A stretch of DNA of 36,864 nucleotides from assembly GCA_049969675.1 (NCBI GenBank), contig JBMFOP010000019.1, forward strand, positions 1 to 36,864, in the 5' to 3' direction. A model generated the notes under the pieces. That model was not told the origin of the DNA, did not search any database, and was given only the letters and a program-made list of their open reading frames with translations. Of this stretch, positions 9,673 through 17,825 are shown piece after piece (within the stretch, counting starts at the first letter, position 1; each line of letters starts with the position of its first letter). Source of the stretch: Myxococcota bacterium (lineage in GTDB: Bacteria; Myxococcota; SpSt-1050). The translations under genes and the position numbers were made by a program.

Positions 9673-9999
9673 TTATAATTGGTTAATTGATTTTAACAGA
9701 TAAGATTTTTTTTCTTTTATTACATCAATAGCACAGGATAAGAATTTTACTGCACAGGGAGTAAGTAACTTATAATAAATATTATTACCTTCTCTCCTGT
9801 CACCTACGATATTATTCATTCTAAGAATAGACAGGTGTTTGGAGAGTGTTGACTGTTCAACATCTATCTCATCAAGTAGTTCACTCACATTCTTCTCCCT
9901 ATCTTTTAGGCTGAAGATAATCATAAGCCTTACCTCGTGAGCCAGAACCTTTAAGAGATTGGCCTGCTCCTTAAATGTGTCTGAATTATTTTTTGACAT
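9673..9999 (-). CDS. arsR: ArsR/SmtB family transcriptional repressor
   Basis: LKVLAHEVRLMI...QSTLSKHLSILR...RREGNNIYY; C-terminal PC..SC; ggagg SD. Confidence 0.9.
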   Translation of the reverse strand: MSKNNSDTFKEQANLLKVLAHEVRLMIIFSLKDREKNVSELLDEIDVEQSTLSKHLSILRMNNIVGDRREGNNIYYKLLTPCAVKFLSCAIDVIKEKKSYLLKSINQL

Positions 10000-10027
10000 C
10001 TCGGATAACCTCCATAACTACAATATG

Positions 10028-10056
10028 CGTATATTCCAAATTTGGAATATTGTCAA
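10028..10056 (-). promoter_or_regulatory. Sigma70 promoter (TTGACA-17-TATACG) with perfect 20-bp palindromic operator
   Basis: TTGACA at 10056-10051; ATATTCCAAATTTGGAATAT palindrome at 10031-10050, directly upstream of arsR. Confidence 0.85.
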
Positions 10057-10085
10057 GAATCTTTTATAAAAAATTTAGATAACCC

Positions 10086-10114
10086 CACATCTGTCCAAAA
10101 TATTTTTTTGATAT
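10086..10114 (+). repeat. Repeat family B end motif
   Basis: cacatctgtccaaaatatttttttgatat nearly identical to 34862-34891. Confidence 0.8.
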
Positions 10115-10133
10115 AGAAGCCCTGATAGAGTTA

Positions 10134-10258
10134 ATGGGCAATCCGAATCATTTTTGCATTCGTAGTAACACTCCCCGTTATTCATATTGCATATCTTCCC
10201 ATCTGAGCAGTCTTCATTTGAATAACACTTCTCTTTCACAAAGCAGGATGATAAGAAT
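10134..10258. repeat. 125-bp exact direct repeat, copy 2
   Basis: Identical to 6568-6692. Confidence 0.95.
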
Positions 10259-10418
10259 ATAAAAGTAGATACAATAAATAAAATTTGATGCAATATGTTT
10301 TTCAGCACAGGACTCCAATTAATGTTCTTGCAACAAATTGTATCAGATCTAAATCCGTACATTATGGCATTTTTACCGTTGAGTAGTAGGAGATACAATA
10401 GAGTCAGTTCTCCTATCG

Positions 10419-10489
10419 CCTACTCTAGCATAGCCGAAACCAAAGTCCATAAAAAATCTTCTGTGCATTTTGCCCAGAAGTTATGATTA
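10419..10489 (+). repeat. Dispersed repeat family A, copy 2
   Basis: cctactctagcatagccgaaaccaaag...aaaatcttctgtgcattttgcccagaagttatgatt. Confidence 0.8.
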
Positions 10490-10646
10490 AAGAATCTATT
10501 TATGAGTAAGAGCCCTTGTAAAGACGACACTCATCCTGTGCTGGCATACCATAATTATCAATTATCTCTCTAAATGTTTTTATATCTTCACAAAGTTTTA
10601 TCTCTTCCATATTGGTTTACAAATGAAAATGGTAATGCCTTAAAAA

Positions 10647-11027
10647 TTAGTGATTATGGTGTGAGCAGGATCTCTCGGGATGGTCTTCAAGTCTTCCTTC
10701 CAGAAAGAGTTGAATAGCCCTTCTGACATCAGTCTCTGTTGTAATTATTGACTTTATATTAGCACTTCTCAAATCATCATATAATCTTCTCCCCATACCG
10801 TTTGAGATTACACAGTCGCAATCTTTTAAGGCATTTATGATAGTGGAGTGGGTATGTCCCATATTGTGAGAACCCTCAAAGCCCTGTGAATGCCCTGTAA
10901 ATGTATTGGGTCTGTAATCCTCTGAGATGACCTTATTATTTTCAATTGTAAAGACTACAAAGCCTGATGCCCTCCCAAAATGTGGAGAAATTTTACTTTT
11001 ATCATCACTTGCGATTGCTATTCTCAT
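10647..11027 (-). CDS. NifB/NifX family (FeMo-cofactor binding-like) protein
   Basis: MRIAIASDD..ISPHFGRA..F; DCDCVISNGMGRR; His-rich loop and tail. Confidence 0.9.
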   Translation of the reverse strand: MRIAIASDDKSKISPHFGRASGFVVFTIENNKVISEDYRPNTFTGHSQGFEGSHNMGHTHSTIINALKDCDCVISNGMGRRLYDDLRSANIKSIITTETDVRRAIQLFLEGRLEDHPERSCSHHNH

Positions 11028-11880
11028 CCTGAAACCTCCTATTGGCGTTTTTATTTAAGATCTCAACTATTGACTCTGCGATTTCAAGGAATCTCTGTGT
11101 AGTGATAGAGTTTTTGTCGTTGAAGTCTGGTATTTCGCCACTGTCACCCCTTTTAGATATCTGTGGGTCTATAGGGATCTCTCCAAAGTATCTAATACCG
11201 AAATCATCCGCTGCATTTTTTGCAGTTCCTTTGCCAAATATATCTACTTCATTATTGCAATGTGGACATATAAAGCTGCTCATATTCTCAATAATACCGA
11301 GTATCGGCATCTTGAGGTCCTGAGCAAATTTAATAGATTTTCTTACACTATGGAGAGCGACCTCCTGCGGCGTTGTAACAATTATTACCCCATCATTTGA
11401 CGGGAGTGTCTGGGCTATACTCAAAGGTTCATCACCGGTGCCCGGTGGAAGGTCAAAGAGTAAAAAATCAAGCGAACCCCATTTGACCTTTTCAAGAAAA
11501 TCAGTAATCATCTTCATCTTAAGGGGTCCTCTCCATATTATTGGGGTGTCCTTATTCTCTATAAGCAGGTCTAAAGAGATAATCCGAAGATTCTTATTTA
11601 TCTCAAGAGGATAGATAAAGTTCTCATCCCCCTGAATTGTCCCCCTTAATTTATCTACACCGAGAATCTTTGGGATGCTGGGCCCGTGCATATCACTGTC
11701 TACAATTCCCACACTAAATCCCAGATGTACAAATGCTGTGCCGAGAGAGGCTGTAATTGTACTCTTACCAACACCCCCCTTACCACTCATAACAACGAGC
11801 CTGTGCTTCACCTCTTTCAGATTCTCTTCAATGGCTTCACGCTGCTTTATCTTCTCTTTCAAATTTGAAAACTCACTCAC
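11005..11880 (-). CDS. mrp: Mrp/NBP35 (ApbC) Fe-S cluster carrier ATPase
   Basis: SGKGGVGKST, DMHGPSIP, IWRGP, DLPPGTGD, VTTPQ, ENMS..CPHC. Confidence 0.93.
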   Translation of the reverse strand: MSEFSNLKEKIKQREAIEENLKEVKHRLVVMSGKGGVGKSTITASLGTAFVHLGFSVGIVDSDMHGPSIPKILGVDKLRGTIQGDENFIYPLEINKNLRIISLDLLIENKDTPIIWRGPLKMKMITDFLEKVKWGSLDFLLFDLPPGTGDEPLSIAQTLPSNDGVIIVTTPQEVALHSVRKSIKFAQDLKMPILGIIENMSSFICPHCNNEVDIFGKGTAKNAADDFGIRYFGEIPIDPQISKRGDSGEIPDFNDKNSITTQRFLEIAESIVEILNKNANRRFQDENSNRK

Positions 11881-12436
11881 CAGATTTTCCCTCCTCTGTC
11901 TTCTTTGATGACCTGTCGTGTGGACTCCCCTCTCTGACCATCACTCCTCCGCATTTTGGACACCTCTCCTGCATACAGGGAACACCCGGTGTATGCACAA
12001 TCTTCTCTTTACACTTTGGACAGATACAATAACCTGATGGTCCAAAACCCCTGCCAAAACCGCTACCTGAGTGTCTTCCTCTGTGATTCATAATATCCTC
12101 CTTTAAAAAAAGCCTTCTCCTGAATCCCTTAATCTTAAACACCTGATAACCATTACTCACATTCTTACTGGAGACCCTCTCATAAATTCCATAGATCAGG
12201 AAACGGGTAAATATATCCTGTGGATTTATAAAGTAATATATATTCTTCCCTATCTGATGACCGCTGATAAGTCCACACTCAAGCAAGATCCCAAGGTGAA
12301 ATGAGATATTGGGCTGAGTGGATTGCAGACTCTCTGCAATATCATTTACACATCGCTCCCCTTCCATAAGCAGGACAAGAATCTTTAACCTTGTCTCATC
12401 GGAGAGCGCCTTAAATAATGTTATAAGCTCTTTCAT
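11873..12436 (-). CDS. ArsR family regulator in frame with a C-terminal Zn-ribbon-like small protein
   Basis: FKALSDETRLKI..CVNDI..QPNISFHL; C-terminal GPSGYCICPKC...PCMQERCPKCG; internal AAGGAGG + ATG at 12091. Confidence 0.75.
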   Translation of the reverse strand: MKELITLFKALSDETRLKILVLLMEGERCVNDIAESLQSTQPNISFHLGILLECGLISGHQIGKNIYYFINPQDIFTRFLIYGIYERVSSKNVSNGYQVFKIKGFRRRLFLKEDIMNHRGRHSGSGFGRGFGPSGYCICPKCKEKIVHTPGVPCMQERCPKCGGVMVREGSPHDRSSKKTEEGKSGE

Positions 12437-12490
12437 AATATAAATGTGTATTTAATTATAAGCACTTTCTTCACACCACAGCCACACGCA

Positions 12491-12519
12491 AATATAAGTA
12501 TGAATTTATATTATGTCAA
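12491..12519 (-). promoter_or_regulatory. Sigma70 promoter (TTGACA-17-TATATT) overlapping inverted repeat AATATAA-N8-TTATATT
   Basis: Motifs read upstream of the second arsR gene. Confidence 0.7.
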
Positions 12520-12626
12520 GTTAAAAGATTAAATTACCAATCTTGCAGTATTTGATATCAAAGATTAATTTTGCTTGTAAAGTCAATAAATTTAGAGTAA
12601 CTTTATGCCAACCAAAGGGGTTTACG

Positions 12627-13046
12627 ATGGAAAAGAGAATCTCTGGTTTTTTCGCAGCGATAGTAATAACGCTGGTCTTAATGGGACTTACTGCATTTTT
12701 GTTCTTCTTCTTATCAAATCCAGAATCTCGTGGGATAAATTTCTATGTGGCGTTTATCTATTTGCTGTTTCTTGAACTAATATCAGGACTTTATCTCTCG
12801 TTTGTCTATACTTCAAGCTCAGAATTGCGAACTAGAGGTATGTGGGACTTCTTCTTTATTTTAGGTCTTATTATATCATCTTATGCTATAGTTGGTCTAA
12901 TTACTGTAATTTTATTTGCAATCCTGAATATGATTGTTACTACAAGTAAAGTTCTTATTACTGCTGTAGTAATTGAGACCGCCGTATTTTTGATTGTCGG
13001 TGCATTTGCCTATTTCCTTAAAGGGAGAAGTGGCGCATTTGACTGA
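12627..13046 (+). CDS. Hypothetical 4-TM membrane protein
   Basis: ORF 12543..13046; ATG at 12627 after aaggg; hydrophobic throughout. Confidence 0.7.
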   Translation: MEKRISGFFAAIVITLVLMGLTAFLFFFLSNPESRGINFYVAFIYLLFLELISGLYLSFVYTSSSELRTRGMWDFFFILGLIISSYAIVGLITVILFAILNMIVTTSKVLITAVVIETAVFLIVGAFAYFLKGRSGAFD

Positions 13047-13048
13047 GA

Positions 13049-15571
13049 CTATCTGTCCATCCTGAATAACTCTTCGGTCCCTTTTGCCTGTTGCCTGTTC
13101 ATGAGTGATTCAAAATCAGTATCTCTCTTAAAGGGCGCAACTATTCCGCCGGGTGTATCATCATTGAAGATAATACCAGTAATCGGGTCCATCCGTTTCA
13201 TCACGATTCCATAAGGTGGATAATAGTCGGGCTCAATCTTTCCCTCAAGCGCCTTCTGAGTATAAGCCATCCATATAGGTAGAGCCGCCTTTCCACCAGT
13301 CTCTCTTTTACCAAGCGGTATTTCATATTTGTCGTAGCCGACCCAGACACCGGTTACGAGATTGCGTGTAAAACCCATAAACCAGGCATCAAAGGAGTCG
13401 TTTGTGGTACCTGTCTTTCCAGCCACCGGCTGTTTAATAGCAGAGGCGGCGGCGGCTGTCCCATACATACAGACATCTCGTAACATTCTCACAAGTATAA
13501 ATGCACTGTCGGCATTCAATATCCTCTCCGGAGGATTTGTTACCAAATCTATCCCTCTCCTTATCCTTCGTTCAAAAGTTATATCCACATCAAAGAAGTC
13601 GGAGTTGTCTTCAAGTATATTCCCGTATCTATCCTCAACCCTTCTTATGAACTTTGTCTTTATCTTTGTTCCGAGACGCGCAAATACTGTATATACATTT
13701 GTGAGGTCCCAGAGCGTAACACAGGATGCACCAATGGCAAGTGCAAGGTTTGGTGCGAGTTCAGTTGTAATCCCGAGCCTCTCTGCATAATCTATCACAT
13801 TCTGAATGCCCACATCCTGCATCGTCTTTACAGCGGGGATATTGAAGGAATTTACTATGGCGTTTCTCATCGTGACATCACCTTTGTAATCGCTCTCAAA
13901 ATTCTCTGGCTTCCATCTAATCTTGTTATCAGCATCGTCAAATACTATGGGAGAGTCAACTATTATTGTAGCAGGATTATAATCCTTCTTCTCAATGGCG
14001 GTTGCATAGACTATTGGTTTAAAGGCTGAGCCGGGCTGCCTGCAGGACTGGAATGCCCTATTAAACTCGCTCCACTCAAAGGAGTATCCTCCTATCATTG
14101 CCACTACATACCCATTATTTGGGTCTATTGAGACCAGTGCCCCCTGCACATCTGGCTCCTGTTCAAGAGCGAATGTCTCATTATTAATCGTTTCACTTTT
14201 TGCCGGAAGGAGTGTCCCCGGTTCCCACTCGTGTGTTAAATCTGCCTTTGTGGCGAGCCTCACCAGAATGACATCTCCTATCTTGAGTATCCTGTGTAAA
14301 TTTTCAAGTTTCTCATAAGGGGAGGATTTATCAAAAGGCCTTGCCCACTTTGATGCCTTTGCCAGAAGTCTTCCACTGATTGTCTCAGAAAGCTGAATTT
14401 TTGCCTCACTCCCATCCTTATTTATATCTGTAACAATGGCAAAATATTTTTCATTCGGAAGAATATCCTTATTTTCCTTAAATTGCCGCGCAAGGATTTT
14501 AATAAAGTTGGGTATTTTCTCTCTCGCAATCTGTTTGAGAGGTCCTCTAAAACCCTGTCTCTTGTCAATCTCTCTAACGCCTCTGATTAGAGCCTCCTCT
14601 GCGGCTGTCTGTTTCTCTATATCAACGGTTGTATAAACCTTCAGCCCACCCCTGTATAAAGCCCAATCTCCGTATTTGTTCTGGATATATCTCCTGACAT
14701 GTTCTGTAAAGTATGGTGCCCTCGCCCTGAAATAGTCCTCTATATCATACACCTCTGGAGGCTCTTTTATTGCCTTCTCCTTCTGCTCCTTTGTTATATA
14801 ACCATCCTCCTCCATCCTGCCCAGCACATATACCATCCTCTTAAACGCATTTTTGGGATTTGAAAAAGGTGAATAGTTACTTGGGGCGGGTGGGAGACCG
14901 GCGAGCATTGCAATCTCTGGAAGGGTCAGTTCATTCATATTCTTTCTGAAATACCCCTTGGCTGCAGCCCCTACTCCATATAGTCCGTGTCCCAGATAGA
15001 CCTGATTGAGGTAGAGATAGAGAATCTCGTCCTTTGTAAATTCCTTCTCCAATTTGAGTGCAAGCAGCATCTCCTTTATCTTTCTGGTATATGTCTTCTC
15101 TCTCCCTACAAATGTCTTTGCCACCTGTTGTGTGATTGTAGAGCCCCCCTGAGCCTTCTTTCCTTTCTTGAGATTTTTTAGTGCCGCCCTCAATATACCG
15201 AGAGGCTCTACTCCTCTATGATTATAGAAGTTCTGGTCCTCCGCAGATATAAATGCCTTCTTTAAGAGTTCCGGGATATCTTCGCTCTCAACCAGCTCTC
15301 TCCTCTCGATGGCAAATTCACCAATCACCCTGTCATCAATGGAGTAAAACTTTGTAGCAAGGTCCGGAGAGTATTTCTTGATATCATCTACGAGCGGAAT
15401 CTCCTTTGAAAAACTATTTAAGACCAGATAGATTGAGATTGTGCCACCGAAAAAAATTAAAATAAAAACAATCGCCAGCCCAATAAGGAATTTAAATCCC
15501 TTACTCAGCCTGCCTTTTCTTGTTATGACTATTATCTCTTCATTATGCCTTGATCTCAAAGTTCTTTCCAT
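13049..15571 (-). CDS. mrcA: Penicillin-binding protein 1A (bifunctional transglycosylase/transpeptidase)
   Basis: EDQNFYNHRG, GGSTITQQ, RKIKE (transglycosylase); SAFK, SFN, KTG (transpeptidase); OB insertion. Confidence 0.95.
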   Translation of the reverse strand: MERTLRSRHNEEIIVITRKGRLSKGFKFLIGLAIVFILIFFGGTISIYLVLNSFSKEIPLVDDIKKYSPDLATKFYSIDDRVIGEFAIERRELVESEDIPELLKKAFISAEDQNFYNHRGVEPLGILRAALKNLKKGKKAQGGSTITQQVAKTFVGREKTYTRKIKEMLLALKLEKEFTKDEILYLYLNQVYLGHGLYGVGAAAKGYFRKNMNELTLPEIAMLAGLPPAPSNYSPFSNPKNAFKRMVYVLGRMEEDGYITKEQKEKAIKEPPEVYDIEDYFRARAPYFTEHVRRYIQNKYGDWALYRGGLKVYTTVDIEKQTAAEEALIRGVREIDKRQGFRGPLKQIAREKIPNFIKILARQFKENKDILPNEKYFAIVTDINKDGSEAKIQLSETISGRLLAKASKWARPFDKSSPYEKLENLHRILKIGDVILVRLATKADLTHEWEPGTLLPAKSETINNETFALEQEPDVQGALVSIDPNNGYVVAMIGGYSFEWSEFNRAFQSCRQPGSAFKPIVYATAIEKKDYNPATIIVDSPIVFDDADNKIRWKPENFESDYKGDVTMRNAIVNSFNIPAVKTMQDVGIQNVIDYAERLGITTELAPNLALAIGASCVTLWDLTNVYTVFARLGTKIKTKFIRRVEDRYGNILEDNSDFFDVDITFERRIRRGIDLVTNPPERILNADSAFILVRMLRDVCMYGTAAAASAIKQPVAGKTGTTNDSFDAWFMGFTRNLVTGVWVGYDKYEIPLGKRETGGKAALPIWMAYTQKALEGKIEPDYYPPYGIVMKRMDPITGIIFNDDTPGGIVAPFKRDTDFESLMNRQQAKGTEELFRMDR

Positions 15572-16409
15572 CTAAAACAGGTACCGTATCCTTACAACAG
15601 GTCTCCTTTATACAGGTGAGCACCTGAGAGTGAATCTTTCCGTTGGTGGCGACAATCTCCTTCCCGAAGATATCAACAGGTTTATTCACAAAGTCGGTGA
15701 CCGTACCACCAGCCTCCGATACAAGAAGTGAGCCGGCAGCGGTATCCCATGGCTTCAGTTTTATCTCCCAGAATCCATCCGCCCTTCCAGCCGCCACATA
15801 GGCGAGATTAAGGGCAGCAGAACCATCTCTCCTTACCGCCTGCGACTTCAGGGCAAATGTATTAAAGAGATTCAGATTATTTTCATAACTTACTCTGATG
15901 TCGTACGGAAATCCAGTAAGCAATAGACTCCTGTCCAATTCTTTTTCATTTGAGACATGTATCCTTCTACCATTTAATCTGGCGCCCAGCCCCTTCATCG
16001 CAAAGAATAGTTCATCTCTTAATGGGTCATATACCACAGCAATTATAACCTCTCCATCTCTTTCAATACCTATTGATATGGCAAAGTGTGGATATCCATG
16101 AGCGAAGTTTGTGGTCCCGTCGAGTGGGTCTACTATCCAGAGATATTTTGATGACGGTCGGCAGCTGATTCCCTCTTCAGAGAGTATGCCATGGTCAGGA
16201 AAATTGGATTCAATAAACTGTGCAATCTGCTTCTCTACCTTCTTATCTACATCGGTAACAAGATTGGTAGGGTCTCCCTTAAACTCTATCTTCAGTCTCT
16301 TTCTCGTCCTGATCAGGTAATGCCTGGTAAGGGTCTGGCCCGCCTTGCGAGCGATCTCACAGGCGGCTTTGGAAATCTTCTTGTCAAAGACACTGTATTT
16401 AGGTTCCAT
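15543..16409 (-). CDS. suhB: Inositol monophosphatase family protein
   Basis: ILSEE, DPLDGTTNFAHG, GSAALNLAYVA, WDTAAG. Confidence 0.92.
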   Translation of the reverse strand: MEPKYSVFDKKISKAACEIARKAGQTLTRHYLIRTRKRLKIEFKGDPTNLVTDVDKKVEKQIAQFIESNFPDHGILSEEGISCRPSSKYLWIVDPLDGTTNFAHGYPHFAISIGIERDGEVIIAVVYDPLRDELFFAMKGLGARLNGRRIHVSNEKELDRSLLLTGFPYDIRVSYENNLNLFNTFALKSQAVRRDGSAALNLAYVAAGRADGFWEIKLKPWDTAAGSLLVSEAGGTVTDFVNKPVDIFGKEIVATNGKIHSQVLTCIKETCCKDTVPVLDGKNFEIKA

Positions 16410-17822
16410 CTATACATCTCCTTTCAAAAGGTTTACGGTCTCTCTTAAGAGCCCGCCGAAATCACCATTGGACATAAAGAGTAACAGGTCACCTTTGCGG
16501 GCATTTTCCATAATGACCTCCTTCAACCCTGATACCCCTCCCCCACAGAACCCCTTTATACCACACTTTTCAAGATTTTGTAAGACCCCATTTACATTTA
16601 GTTCATCTTTTATCCCATCATCCTTTTTATAAGGTTTTGCCATCACCACTATATCAGAGCCCAGAAATGCCTTTGAATACCCGTCAAAGAATATATTCCT
16701 TCTGGATGTATTGGACCTCGGCTCAAAGATAGATATAAGCCTTTTGTATCTTCCAGTCTCTATATACGCCTTCCTTGCTGCATCAATGGTTATTCTAACA
16801 GCAGTTGGATGATGGGCAAAGTCATCAATCACGCCAATTCCATTGTAATCACCTATAAACTCCATCCGTCTCTTTACGCCCTTAAACCCTTCTATTGCCG
16901 TCAATATTTTATTTGTTTCAAATCCCAATCTACCAAGGAATGTGATTACTGAGAGGCTATTTAATGCATTTTGAAATCCATATACCTGCAGGCGATAATT
17001 TACCTCCTTCCCATTTATGGTGGATGAGACCTCCATAAAGTTCTCCTTGTATGAAACCTGTCTAATAAAGGCATCACTATTCTGGTTCTCTCCATAAAAT
17101 ATTAGAGGGATGTCATCTCTTTTAATAATCCTTTTTATTACCTCATCATCCTTCAATACCAGGAAACCCTCCCTATTTACCATCTTTGAAAATTTTACAA
17201 ACTGCTCTTTATACACCTCAAAGTCGCTGTATATATCTGCGTGATCAAACTCTATTGATGTTATAATTGCAGAGTATGGGAGATAATGTAAGAACTTGGG
17301 GACCTTATCAAAGAATGCGGTATCATACTCATCTCCCTCAATCACGAAGTATCTGCCCGTAGAAGTTCGGAAGGATTGCCCGAAGTTAAGCGGGATAGCC
17401 CCAACCAGAAAAGAAGGAGATTCTCCCATAATATCAAGTGTGGTGGCAAGCATTGAGGTGGTGGTGCTCTTCCCGTGTGTCCCCGCAACTACAAGGACAT
17501 TATAATCGGGCAGGATGAATCTCTCCATAAAGGATGGCATAGAATAATATGGAATACCTCTCCTGATTAACTCCTCAGCCTCCACATTCTCCTTTCTGAC
17601 CACATTACCAATTATTGCAAATTCTATGTTCTCAATAAGACCGGCGATATTCTCCTGTGAATAACCGATCTTTACTTCTATCCCCTGAGCCTTCAGCATA
17701 TCAGACATTGGAGGATATGCATTTGCATCGGAGCCAACAACATTATAGCCTTTTGATTTTAAGAGACCTGCAAGGGATGCCATCGCGGTCCCACAGATAC
17801 CCACAATATATACATATTTCAT
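16410..17822 (-). CDS. mpl: UDP-MurNAc:L-Ala-gamma-D-Glu-mDAP ligase (murein peptide ligase)
   Basis: VGICGTAMASLA, YPPMS, AGTHGKSTT, EGDEYDTAFFDK, DDFAHHPTA, FEPRSNT. Confidence 0.92.
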   Translation of the reverse strand: MKYVYIVGICGTAMASLAGLLKSKGYNVVGSDANAYPPMSDMLKAQGIEVKIGYSQENIAGLIENIEFAIIGNVVRKENVEAEELIRRGIPYYSMPSFMERFILPDYNVLVVAGTHGKSTTTSMLATTLDIMGESPSFLVGAIPLNFGQSFRTSTGRYFVIEGDEYDTAFFDKVPKFLHYLPYSAIITSIEFDHADIYSDFEVYKEQFVKFSKMVNREGFLVLKDDEVIKRIIKRDDIPLIFYGENQNSDAFIRQVSYKENFMEVSSTINGKEVNYRLQVYGFQNALNSLSVITFLGRLGFETNKILTAIEGFKGVKRRMEFIGDYNGIGVIDDFAHHPTAVRITIDAARKAYIETGRYKRLISIFEPRSNTSRRNIFFDGYSKAFLGSDIVVMAKPYKKDDGIKDELNVNGVLQNLEKCGIKGFCGGGVSGLKEVIMENARKGDLLLFMSNGDFGGLLRETVNLLKGDV

Positions 17823-17825
17823 AAT

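Larger units (their letters stand above)
10075..10308 (-). pseudogene. Truncated 5' paralog of the Cys-rich FGE lipoprotein gene
   Basis: GTG start after GGAG; diverged signal peptide then identical FLSSC...NDSDCP; C-terminal tail read through repeat family B. Confidence 0.75.

Noticed and set aside
5891..10258. Diversity-generating retroelement (FGE/C-lectin target plus a repeated segment)
   Set aside because: The repeat covers the 5' end, not the C-terminal variable region. It is 100% identical with no adenine-specific mismatches, and no reverse transcriptase or avd gene is in the window.
10647..11027. Nitrogen fixation gene cluster
   Set aside because: The NifX-like domain is alone, with no nifHDK/ENB in the window.
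2603..12436. Selenocysteine read-through in the redox genes
   Set aside because: All CxxC motifs are intact Cys codons, and TGA stops coincide with overlapping starts of the next gene.
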